A DNA stretch of 64,000 bases from Paecilomyces variotii. Its lineage: Eukaryota. The notes under the pieces were generated by a model, which did not search any database, was not told the origin of the DNA, and was given only the letters and a program-made list of their open reading frames with translations. Shown in pieces: positions 24,435 to 35,898 of the stretch. A program made the position numbers and the translations under genes. Each line of letters begins with the position of its first letter. Within the stretch, counting starts at the first letter, position 1. Location: assembly GCA_004022145.1 (NCBI GenBank), contig RCNU01000009.1. One strand, written 5' to 3'.

Positions 24435-26393
24435 TCATGCAAGACTATCGAAAGCTGCGGTCATAAATTGTTCCGCCATTGGGGATGTGAGAGTCGAGCC
24501 ACGTTCATCTTTATGGGTCGTTCTGAGGTGACGTTTCAGTTGATCTGAGGTGGATTAGCACATCGAAATATACCATGGCAACATGACTGAAATCATACCA
24601 GGACGAGTGAAGCTCTTCGTGCAACCCGGATATTGACATTTGTGTCGACGCTCTCCGTGAGCTAAAAACATGTTAGCACCATCCGCGCAACCAGTGAATA
24701 AGGAACATACTTAGTTTGTGGCTGGACATGTTTGAGGACTACAGGCGATTGTCAGCAATCACGTCTTCAAATCTCCTACAAGGCTAATGGCAAGACACAT
24801 ACATCGCCTGTCTGAAAATTACAGCCTGGGTAGTTGCATTTAAAAGGCTTCTCGCCAGAGTGAGTGCGTGAATGTGTTTCTGGCGTATTGTTAGTCCGGG
24901 GTCATCGCTGAACTTCATATTTGACATACTGAGCTCGCTGCTATCAGTAAATGCCTTCCCGCATTCTCGGCATTTATAAGGCTTCTCGCCCCGATGGCTC
25001 CGCTCATGGCGTTCTAGAGTTGCCTGCCTTGCAAACGGCTTGCTGCAGACCGAGCATTTGAAACTTTTAACTGTTAGACAAAGTAGGTTAGCCAGACGCA
25101 CGAGTGGAATGGGTGATTCGCGGCCATACAGTTACTATGAGTGAGAAAGTGGCCCTGCAATTTCGACTTCTGCGAAAAGGGTTCATCGGGTCGATGACAT
25201 CCCTCCCAGCAGCAATAGTAACCGTGACCTTTCCTGCCGTCCATCGTGCCCATATGCTTCGAGACCAAATGCTCTTGCAACGCACCAGCATCCGCGAAGC
25301 TGGCACCACACGCGATTTTCATCCCATCGTGATTGAAGGTCCATTTGCAAATATGGGGTTCGTGGTCATCAGTAGGAAAAGTAGGGCTTGTCAGCCCTGA
25401 TGATATGCCTCCTTCCAATGGCGGTGGTGTGTCGGCGGGACTGGACATCAAGTGAGAACTCACACTTGATCTGTGATGGCGCGCGTACGGCATATATGGG
25501 TGTGAATGGCAGTGGGTATGGCCATGAGCATGTGATCGACATACTCCATGAAAGCCATGTACACCAGTAGCTGCGGGAGTCCTCAGGCGATTTCCCACAT
25601 GCTGGTGAGCTGCGTTGGAACAGGGGGCAGCAACCGAAGGAGGAAGGCCAAAGAACCTCTCCATATTACTATCCGGGAGAAGAGGATGCACTCCATGGAT
25701 ATGGTGACCACAGCTGAGATAGCCGTGGCCGACTCCTAACACATCACATGTCCCCAAGCTTGCCAGATCGCTCTGACTCGAGTACGAGGGACTCGATAGA
25801 CCTACACTGGACTCTTTGGATGGAGCCTGGCAAGACACACTATGACAGGAATCATGGTGCTGCGCATTGTGGGCAGGGGTCGACAGAGAAGCGAAGAGTT
25901 CGTCAGTGGCACGGAAATCGACAGTATGGTGATGAAATGGATCTTCTGGCTTCTGTGCCTGGGAGCTCTCATTCCCGGGCGCTGACGTCGAGGGCAAGAA
26001 GCCTGGGGTATCCCAATTGAGCTGGATGTCCTCTCCGAGCAGGGCTTCTAAACTCTGGCCCTCGTGGGAGTCCTCAAAACAGTGTTTGTCGAAGCACACA
26101 GGGCCGGTGCTCTCGCAATTCTGGTCCTCACAATGGGACTCGGAGCAAACGGTGGAATTATCGCAGTCGACGAAGCCATCGCATACGGAACCACAGGCGA
26201 CGGAGCAATGGTCCACATCGCAGCAGGCCTCGTCAATTGTGCAAGCGTGAGAGTCATGCGTTTCGTCCGGTGGGCAGCACCACTGTGATTGAGAGTCATG
26301 GCCGCCTGACAGCATTGGATTTTTTCCAGCCATCTGAAATGCCTCCCAGTGACACTCCAGGCAGAAGTCGCTGTCGTTCAGCTCCAGCGACAT
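24435..26393 (-). CDS. Multi-finger C2H2 transcription factor (about 6 fingers, the first two a Trp-containing tandem pair as in Zap1/GLI) with Cys- and His-rich N-terminus; introns 25129-25071, 24929-24880, 24802-24739, 24710-24662 and 24598-24545
   Basis: Splicing gives CKW...H, CCWEGC...HFLTH, CSVC...[44 protein letters not shown]...HKLTH and CQYPGC...HLRTTH. First in-frame ATG is at 26393; the start is uncertain. Confidence 0.88.
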
Positions 26394-27978
26394 TTGAAAA
26401 TAATTGCTCCCCTCCTTGACGGGGGGTTGTATGCCCGTAGTTTCTCCTCCTGAACCAGGCCGCCGTTGTACTCGACCGTTGGTCCCCAGTGAAAAAGCAA
26501 AGGACTTCGGGGTCGTCTCTGCGTGTGCTCGTCGCCGTAACTCGTCTGAGGGACCGTAGGGATGCTCAGGCACAGATTTGGAGGTCGTCTGCAGCTTTGA
26601 GAACCTGCTCGAGAATTTCTCGTGTCAGCAGCTCTTCACCAACCATGTGCGCACAGTCCAATCTTCGACGACGCACCTGTTCAATTCCTCACTCGGTCTG
26701 ACGGCGATTTTTCGGTGGACCAAAGATATAAAGGCGGAGAAAAGGCCAGGCGTGCCAGAGGATGTTGACCGCGGTGCTTGAGCATGCGATAATGGAGAGG
26801 ACCCTTGGAGCTTGGAAGAGGGGGAGGGGAAGAAGAAGGCGATCGTAGAGACAAAAGCAGCACGCGAGACGAACTCGCAGCCAGAGGGAACCTCGTGAGG
26901 ACCCTGGGGGCTGCAGTCGCAGCGCTGCGGGCGCGGAGAGCAAGTGAGGACCTTGGTGGTTAGAATAAGTAGTAGTCAGTTAAGTTAGTAGTAGTACAGT
27001 AGTCAGTAGAACACGCACTTTCGATATTACTTCCCGTCAATTTGTCCGCCCGTCTCCGCGAATGATATCGCCCTGATAGTAATAATGCCCACGCTGCAGC
27101 ATCGTCCGGTCTCGACTCCAGCAGCAAGAGATCGAAGGAAGGAGGACTTCTAAAAGCATGCCTTATCCAGGTCTGTCCCTCGTCTGTCCCGCGGAAACGC
27201 ACACGGCGATCAGGAACAAGAAAGAGGTTCGAGGTGGACCCATTAGCCAGTAAGAGTAACTTACCTTCGATACAATCCAGCAGTAAGTATAAGTTTCCAT
27301 ATACATCCAAATAATCTGCCAAATCTTCTATGATCTGCTCTTTTATCTCCAGATGGAAGACCGTTTGATCTCCTCGAGAGGAATTGGAGGCATTGGTACC
27401 CCACCAGCAGACCATTCTATGTCCGCAACACTTGCCTTGCGCATCTGCCAGTCAACACATCAGTCAGCTTGGCCATAACACAAAATGTCACATCTGACTC
27501 CAGCAAACCGAGGAAGTCTATGTATGTAGTATTAGACCATACAGCAAACATCCAGTCGTAAGGAATAATAAGTATGCGGGGTGCAGGAACACGCCACGTG
27601 CTGCACCGCCTTAATCTTCTACTCCAAAGCCACCGGATCGTCGTCATCTTATCCTATATCAATAATACTTCTCGTCTAATAACGATCCCTATTAATATAC
27701 CTCAGTGGATAACAATCAGACCTACTTACTATACACTCAGCGCCAGTCTCAATTTTTGCCCTCAGGTTTTAAAAGAACCAGCAAACCCGCCAGTTCCAGT
27801 TGCGATCGCATCCGCCAGTCGGGCTTGGCGGATACCTCGAAGAGAAACAACCCTTTAAATCGCGCTCGACTGCGCTGCTCTCTTCTTGCAGCCAGCTACT
27901 TAGAAGATCCAGTCAATAATCCCCCCTCATCTTCACCACCTTCACCTTAACTCTTATCTCTCCCACTCTCCACACACA

Positions 27979-28489
27979 ATGGGCAACATCTGCTCCCGCT
28001 CCGCCAACAAATCCGACCCTTTCTCCCAGCCCGGCCGTGTCCTAGGGACCGCGCCGCCCGCTGCCAGCACTCCCCGCGCCCCGCTCCCGCCAAAGGTGAG
28101 CTCAATGGGACCTGGCCGGACACTGGGAGGGACGAACGGCGGATCGTCAACTGAGGCGGAAGATCCCCGGAGCAAAGCTGCTCTGGCGGCGCAGGTGAGT
28201 ACTAATAATAATAATACCCAATACCTAACCCTACCTTATTCTGCTTTTTTTACCCCCTCCTCTTTGCCTGCCATATCGCGAGAATGAGAGCATCAACGCT
28301 GACGTGACTGCTGTGTGTTACCAGAAACGAGCCGAAGCACAAGCTAATGCTGCAAACAAAGGGAAATTGGGATCTCAGCTAGCGGCGCAGAAGGCCCAGA
28401 CGCATTCTCAGACTCTGGTCGAAGCTAGTCGGACAGAAAGAGCTGCGCGGGATGCAGATAATGTCGCCCAGGCTCAGAGGTGGGAGTAG
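27979..28489 (+). CDS. Small hypothetical protein with N-terminal MGNICS acylation motif; exons 27979-28194 and 28325-28489
   Basis: Intron gtgagt...ccag joins AAQ|KRAE in frame. Two PGR(V/T)LG motifs. Confidence 0.8.
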
Positions 28490-29321
28490 TTAGTCTTCTC
28501 TCCCTTGATGATGATGATTATCCATGTATTGCTTTTTTTTTCATATCGTTCCGTTTTATTTTGTTTTCCAGGTAAAAAAGAATACCCCCCCATGTCCTGT
28601 CTCCAATCAATCAGACAGGTCCCATCTGATCATGTATGTATGTACAGTACTTTTGATTTTTTTTTTTTTTCTTTTAGAAATTCCTAGCTGGCGTTGTTTG
28701 GGAGGTGGGCGCTCAGCAGACTTCGAGCCAGATGACTTCTTTACATTACATAGACCATCAGATGGGCGTTTCGCGTCTTCTTTGTTATTCGTTCCTGGTG
28801 ACGGTGTCATCCTTGCGGTTTGCGCGTTGGGATTCCGTGAGGCAGATCTGACTTACATGGTGCGATGATGAACATTGCATTGGGATATTGTTGACGTGTT
28901 TAGATTCGAGAGAGCATAGGATAATATAGCACTTCTGTCTTTTTTTTTTTAACTCAGCAGGAATATCAACTTACACATTTTCCTATCCCAACGTAGATCA
29001 AATGTTCGAGTCGTCTGATATCAGACGAGAGGCAGTCGGTCTCTTTAGTTCTACGACATGGATATACCAACAGTATAATCGAAGATTAAGAAGTACTCAT
29101 CGGAATTTCGTCTATAAATACTTGCGACATTAATTACATGTCATTACCAAATGGAAACGCCGCACGCCATCATATCGGATGCATCTGACAAAGCGGACGG
29201 AAGGTAACAGACCAGGCTGACCATATAGATACGTCGGAAAGAAGGCACACAGACCCATGTAGGATATCTTTCAGTCGAAGAACAAACCACAATTCCCCAT
29301 CCTTTGAACCTGGCTAGCAGA

Positions 29322-32300
29322 CTAGACAACGTTGTACCGGCCACTGGCTGGCGCGCGAGCTTCACTATCTGCCGCTGCAAGAGTTCCTTCCTTCAGCAGA
29401 CGCATAAGCTCCCGCATGGCGTTCGTGACGACCAATTCGGTGTCTCCTTCAACAAGGATGTACAACTTGGGGTTGTCGGTAGGGCCAGGCTCCTTGCCAG
29501 GTGGATAGAAACTTCCCTTGGTGGTGATGGAGGTACCAGTGGCTTCCAGGATCTTGGCGACATTGGTGCGATTGGTGACGGCCCAACGAGCTTTCTCTGT
29601 TCGAAGCATCAGTTGTTAGTAAATATTTCTCTAATGATCAGAAAATCGTAGAAACGGCAGAAAATGTCAGGGGTAGCATCTCTAGGGAATACTTACGAGG
29701 AAAGTCATTGATCTCAAGCGTGGCATGGAAGGCGCCAGCATCGGGGCCCTTGTTGTCGATAGGGACTCCAGACCTCATCACACCAGCGCGGTTTAGACGC
29801 GCGTGGATATCGGCCACGGCGGAACCGACCTTGTCCAGTGGGTTCGTTGACGTGCCAGGAGCTGGCTTTTCGGTCCTGTGCACCGTAATCTTGCCGTCCA
29901 AGTCGATGCCCTTGGGAACGCCTGCTAGCGGAGCGGCAGCGGACTGAATACCCGATGCGGCCTTGGCGAAGATATCCTCGCCCTTGTCGGCCTTCTCTTC
30001 CTTCTCGTCCTCTTCGCCTTCATCGCCGGTCTTGTACGTCTTCCTTTCGCGATTACGCGCGGCATCTCGTTCCTGGTCCAGTCGTTCAAGACCCTTACCT
30101 CCGAAACCAGATCCACTAGCCTTCTCCTTGCCCGCTTTGACCTTCTCCATGAAAGAATCCACCATCTTCTGTACCGGCTCCGGCACCGCCTGGCCACTTT
30201 GTTTCAGAGCTTTAGCAATATCAACCGAGTAACGCTCTTGTTCTTCGGTCAAAAACGTAACAGCAGTACCGGTGTTACCCGCACGTCCAGTGCGGCCTGC
30301 TCGGTGAACATAATCTTCGAGATGGTTGGGCGCATCGTAGTTGACAACGAGCTTAAGCTGTTTAACGTCTAACCCACGAGCAGCCACTGAAGTTGCGATC
30401 AGGACCGGGAAGATTCCAGCCTTGAAATCGGAAATGGTCGAGTCACGATCGATCTGGTCCTTTCCACCATGGATTGACATGCAGGGATATCCTTTGCGCA
30501 TCAGATCCCTCAGCAGACTATCAGCGGCTTCCTGGCGGTCAACGAAGATCAAGGCTCTGGCATCCTCGTTGGCCGGGTCATCATAGAGATTACCCAAGAG
30601 CTCGAGCAAGCGCACAAACTTGGTCTCTTCACTCCGTACCTCTACAATCTGCGTAATCTCCGGCGCAACGACACTTCTGCCCCCGACAACGATCTCAACT
30701 GGCTTAGTGAGTGTTTTCCGAGCTAGAGCCTCCATGTTACGCGGGAAGGTAGCTGAAAAGAGAACCGTTTGTCGGTCTGGCCGGATGTTAGCCATGATTT
30801 TCATCACTTGAGGTTCAAAGCCCATATCGAACATCCGGTCGGCTTCATCAAGCACAACGTATGTGACACGGCGCAGATTTGTGACGCGTCCTGCATTTGC
30901 AGCAAGAAGATCGATTATCCGTCCGGGGGTACCAACAATGATCTCGGCACCACGCTTCAACTCCGCAATCTGATCTTTGATTGGAGCACCACCATAGGCG
31001 CAGACAGCCCGAAGGTTAAGAGCTTTCAAGAACGGCTTGCAGTCCTTGTGGATCTGCGTCGCCAGCTCGCGAGTCGGAGTCATGATCAGACTAATGGGGC
31101 CCTCCATATTCTCAAGAGGTCTCTGGTCTTTGATATGGCGGAACATTGGGATCAAAAAGGCAACCGTCTTTCCAGACCCAGTCTTCGCTACACCAATGAC
31201 ATCGCGTCCTGACATGATAGCCGGGATAGCCTGCGACTGGATGGATGTAGGGCTCTCGTAGCCAAGTTTACGAATCACATCAAGCGTCTGCACACCCAGT
31301 CCGCACTGCGACCATTTCTGGACAGGCTTCGGCACGTTGACGCCACGGACCTTGATGCCATCAAGTTCCAGTCTCAGACTCGCGACCTCCTCCTCCGTCA
31401 TCTCTGCCAGATCAACCGGCTCATGGTAGAAGCTCTTTCGGAACGGCTCGTAGTTTGCCTTTGCGTGATCCACGGCAGGGATATCCTTCTTTTTTCGAGA
31501 CTTGTTTGCAATGGCGAGGAAGTCTTCCGCATCACCATCGCCAACAGCACTGATGTCGATATCATCTTCGTCACCAAATATGGCCTCTGGTTCCTGCTTC
31601 TTTTTCGAGAATCTGACTGTCGGTTTCTTAGGGCCAGATTCAGTCAGACCCGACATGAAAGCATCCAGCGGATCAATCTCTTCCTCGTCAGCCTTGGCAG
31701 CTTGGTTCGAGGCATCGGTCATTTCCACGTCGCCATTCGTCTGAGCAGCCGTCTGAGACTGGTAAGCCAAGTTTTGGGCTTGTAGTCGCTCCTCTCGCTT
31801 CTCTGCAGCTGCGCGGGCAGCAGCCGCGTTCTCCTCTTCCGTGCCGCCGTCTTGCATATCAACGTCGTCGTCCTCATCCTCAGCGGCAACTTCTGCCACA
31901 GCATTAGTGGAGTCCTCGAGCGGCGGCGTCGGAAGCTTTTCCAATTTCTTTCGGGTAGACTCCTCTTCGCCAAAGCCTAGTGTTCGCGTCGTGGATGGCT
32001 TCTCAGCGTCCGCGACGGGCTTAGCCCCTAATCCGAAACCACTCACGTTGCCCTTTGCCTTCAATAGAACAGCTGGGGAGCAATAATTAGCTGCCATACG
32101 CACACAATGAGCGGGATGTGACTTACAAGATTTGCTTGCATCGCTTGAGGGCTGGTTAGCCTTGATCTTGCCATTCGCGGTGGTTATTGAGGCTTTGGCA
32201 GTCTCGGGGACAGCAACGTCGGTCCCAAGTGGTGATGGGCCAGTAGAAGTAATTGTAGCTTTCTTTACGATCGCTTTCGGATCAAATTTACCAGCATAAG

Positions 32301-33126
32301 AAGCCGGGGCAGTGTCACTACCTGGCGTAGCCGGCGACTGAGGAGAGCTAACAGAGGGTGATAACCCGGATTTCTTGTCAATTTCTTCCAAGATGCTCCG
32401 CGCACCACCAGATGCAGCTAGTTCTCGCTGCTTCCGCTCCTTTTCCGCTGCCTGTTTCTGTTTCCAGGCTTCGAGTCTGGCTAACCGTTCGGCCTTTTTC
32501 TCTTCGTCTGTCTGAGCGGCGGGAGCTGGCGTGGACGGCTTAGAGGCCTGTACTCCACCGTTAGTAGAAGCTCTGCCTGAAAGCCCCATCAGGGAATTAC
32601 TGACCTCGCGAGACCTTGCGCCTGGATCTCTGGGCGAAGCACGTTCCCTGCTATCATCCCGTCTAGACTTGCGCTTCGAGTCAGTAGAATCGTCTCTCCG
32701 CCTCCGAGCCCGATCGCGGGAGTCATCTCGCCTGCTTCGATAATCCCTATCGCGACTCCTCCGACGGTAATCCCGATCATCGTCTCGGTCTCTCGAACGG
32801 CGTCGATCTCTCGAACGTTCTCTTCTGCTCGGTCTGTAGGAATCTTCATCACGATGATCATCGCGCCGATCTAAGGAGCGATCTCGCCTGCGGTATAAAT
32901 CACGGTCCCGATATCGCCTCTGTAGCAAGTTACTGTCAGTGAACCGGACATTTCGAGTCAGATCCGATATGCGATGCCGTACCTCAGGGCTGCGTGAGCG
33001 GCGGTAGCTCCTGCCGTCATCTCGTCGACTTCTGTCGTATCGATCATCCTCTCTGCGGCTCCGCCTGGATGAAGAGTATGTGCTGCCTACAGGTGATGGT
33101 GAGCGAGTGTCCCCGTGGCGAGCCAT
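29322..33126 (-). CDS. prp5: Pre-mRNA-processing DEAD-box RNA helicase Prp5 (DDX46); introns 32982-32920, 32604-32548, 32126-32073 and 29696-29597
   Basis: RS/RD-rich N-terminus, DPLDAFM motif, [31 protein letters not shown] and C-terminal LEINDFPQKARW. Confidence 0.97.
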
Positions 33127-33355
33127 TGTTGCAGGCCAACGATGAGTGAGTGTTACTGATAAAACTCAGGGACAGTAGTGACGCAGATCAAACAGCGAAG
33201 CGAGTCAGTCCACGTCCATTGATGTGCCAACAGGGGCAACCTCGTCTCTTGTTTCTCTCACGACGATGCTTGATTAGTCTTTTGACTGGCGGGCGTTGAA
33301 GGCGTTACCGACGGCGGCGATAGACGAGCAACTTGCAAAGACCCGCTCGGGGACG

Positions 33356-33388
33356 CACGTGACTATATCCCCAGCTTATTGTCACGTG
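33356..33388. promoter_or_regulatory. Paired inverted GTCACGTG E-boxes (Cbf1-type) in the prp5/HMG divergent promoter
   Basis: cacgtgac at 33356-33363 and gtcacgtg at 33381-33388. Confidence 0.5.
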
Positions 33389-33566
33389 ATAGTTAATTTC
33401 CCTTTTCGGCACAAGCCAAACGAGACGGGTTCAACCTCCTTGTTTCGTTATGGAGCTGGGCCGGATACGTAGATAACCTCGACCAGCCTCCGCCGCGCAT
33501 TGTCCTCCGTCCTTCCCCCGCTTCCTTCGTCAACCCATCTAGTAAGAACGGCAACGACTCTCCGCG

Positions 33567-34698
33567 ATGCCTTTCATGCTCGCCCGCCGCGGGCGGTGCA
33601 TTGTCCGTCAATTCGGTCTGAGGGAAACACTGCCGTTGTCTACTCGCGTGTCCCTCGTCCCTCGTCACGTCAGGCGCGTCAGCCTGGCTGTCAATGGCCT
33701 TTCCTTGAAGCGAGAAACTCCCACGGGTCCCGTTCGAAGCATTCTATCCCAAATTCAAGCCAACTCGTATGCGACTGCCGGCCGGCCTAAAGCGCATACA
33801 GGGCGGGCCAAGGCGTCTACAGGATCCAGCGGAAGCAAGAAAACCGGGAAGAAGAGCACCAGCTCGAAAAAGAAGGAGTTGACCCCCGAAGAGAAGGAGG
33901 CAAAGAAGGAGGCGCAGAAAGCAAAAGCCCTGAAGGAGGAGATCAAGCAGCTCAAGATCACCGCACTGGAGCCACCGAAGAAACTGCCCCAGTCAGCATA
34001 CACTGTAGCTTTCCAGGAGAAGATGGTCTCTGGCCCGAAAGAAGAGGGCAAACCCCCAGCTCAACATTTCAAGGAAGTGGCTAATGCGGTCAAAGAGCTG
34101 CCGTCCTACGAGCTCGAGGTGAGTAAATTGTTCTTGGCATCTATCTATGGTTTGTAAAAGTCATTGCTAATAGTTGACATTATTCTTCTAGCGCTACGCC
34201 CAAATTGCAGAGTCCAACAAGGCAGAGAATTCAGCTGCCTATGATGCGTGGATCAAGTCGCACACACCTCTTCAGATCAAGGACGCCAATGCTGCTCGGA
34301 GAAGGCTCAGGCAGCTGCTAGGAGATGCGAAGTCAGGCAAGTACCATCAGCTCAGCGACGACCGATTGGTCAAGAAAGCTGCCAGTTCCTATGCTCTCTT
34401 CCTCAAGGAACGTTATGAGAGTGGCGATTTCAAGCACATGTCCGTGCAGGAGGCTGCTGCCCGCGCTGGAGAGGAGTGGAAAGGTCTCACCGAGTCTGAG
34501 AAGCAGGTATGTGAAAGAAAATTCTCCCGAAGGTATTGCACGGTTCTAAATCACCCATACTGACAATTGTAACTCTAGAAATTTAATGAACTCTATAAGG
34601 AGGACTATGAGAGATACTCGCGCGAACACAGAGAGATCTATGGTGAAGACCCGCCTTCCCATAACAAGAAGAGCCGTGGATCGGAGGAATCTTCTTAA
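33567..34698 (+). CDS. HMG-box protein, probably mitochondrial (resembles A. nidulans HmbB / Podospora mtHMG1); introns 34119-34191 and 34507-34578
   Basis: Arg-rich presequence, PPKKLPQSAY degenerate box, HTPLQIKDAN, and HMG box VKKAASSYALFLKER...GEEWKGLTESEKQKF. Confidence 0.85.
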
Positions 34699-35749
34699 GT
34701 GAGAGATGAACCCCTTCTCAATCCTCAATGATACGAAGTGTTTGGATGTCGGTGTTGGGGCAAGGTGATTACTGGAACAGGCGAAAAACAAAAGTGCCTG
34801 CTGGAGGACCTGTTTCCTATGTACGATTATTGTATCTTATGTCTGGTCTCTTTACCGTCTCATTATTTACTTCGAATCTGTAGGTGGCATGTTGCTGGAC
34901 GGATTTTCGATCTCCACCCTTCTTTATTTTTCTTTTCGTCAAACGACCTGAGATGATTCTCTCTCTGCGGCGATACCATAATGTATGCGTGAGTCTCAAT
35001 GATAGCAATTATGACTGCAACCCGTGATTACTCCTTTTTTCGACCACCATACATAATTCATATCAAGCGTATTCTATCGGTCGTGTTATGCTTGAATTTC
35101 GTGCGCTCCGGTCCTTTCTCAGAATCAATAACTATGTTAAAGCAATCATATTGTCTTACTGTGGCCGCGAGTTGGCGAAGGGGACGTCTGTAGGGAAGTC
35201 CCTTGTTGGCCGATTAACTAACGCAAGCATGGCAGTATTCACTCTGTAGATGGGTGCGATTATTGAAGTCGTGATCTCATTGATAGCAAGCTTGGCTCGA
35301 CGATTTCCATCGAACATAGATCGGTGGTCAGGCCAGGTCTCTCTGTGACCTAACTGTCGTCCGATCTTGTAACAAGAGGGTCTTGACCTGTCCGAACTGA
35401 GATACCGGATCTTAGTTAATTAGATAGCAGTCAGGGAAACCTGGTGACCTTAACAGAAGATCGACGCGCAATGAATTCAAAGTCAAAAACTTTCCTCTCC
35501 TCCTAGGCTCCTCATATTCTTCCGCATAAGCGAACGGATAAACCCGCGATCCTACTTAGGATCTCGACATCCCCGATGTAGCGGTGAAGAAAAACCGGAC
35601 CCGCTTGCGGCAACATACAGATGTCATTTGCGTCCCGCCGCACGAGGGGTGTATATGCATCGGTGTCTGCACATAATGATTATCGAAGAGATGAAATTCT
35701 CTTTCTTCCTTCTTGTGGAGGCAGCGGGGTCATTTCTCCTTGACTCATC

Positions 35750-35898
35750 TTTTTTTTCCTTTTTGCTTTTTCTTTTTTCTTTTTCTTTTCTCTTTTTTTT
35801 TTTCTCTTTTTTTTTCTCTTTTTTTTTCTCTTTTTTTTTTCTCTTTTTTTTCTCTTTTTTTTCTCTTTTTTTTCTCTTTTTTTTCTCTTTTTTTTCTT
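35750..35898. repeat. Pure pyrimidine low-complexity tract, about (CTCT8-10)n
   Basis: About 150 bp made almost entirely of T and C. Confidence 0.95.

Noticed and set aside
24435-26393. Assigning the symbol zafA
   Set aside because: Architecture is similar, but I cannot confirm orthology from the finger sequences
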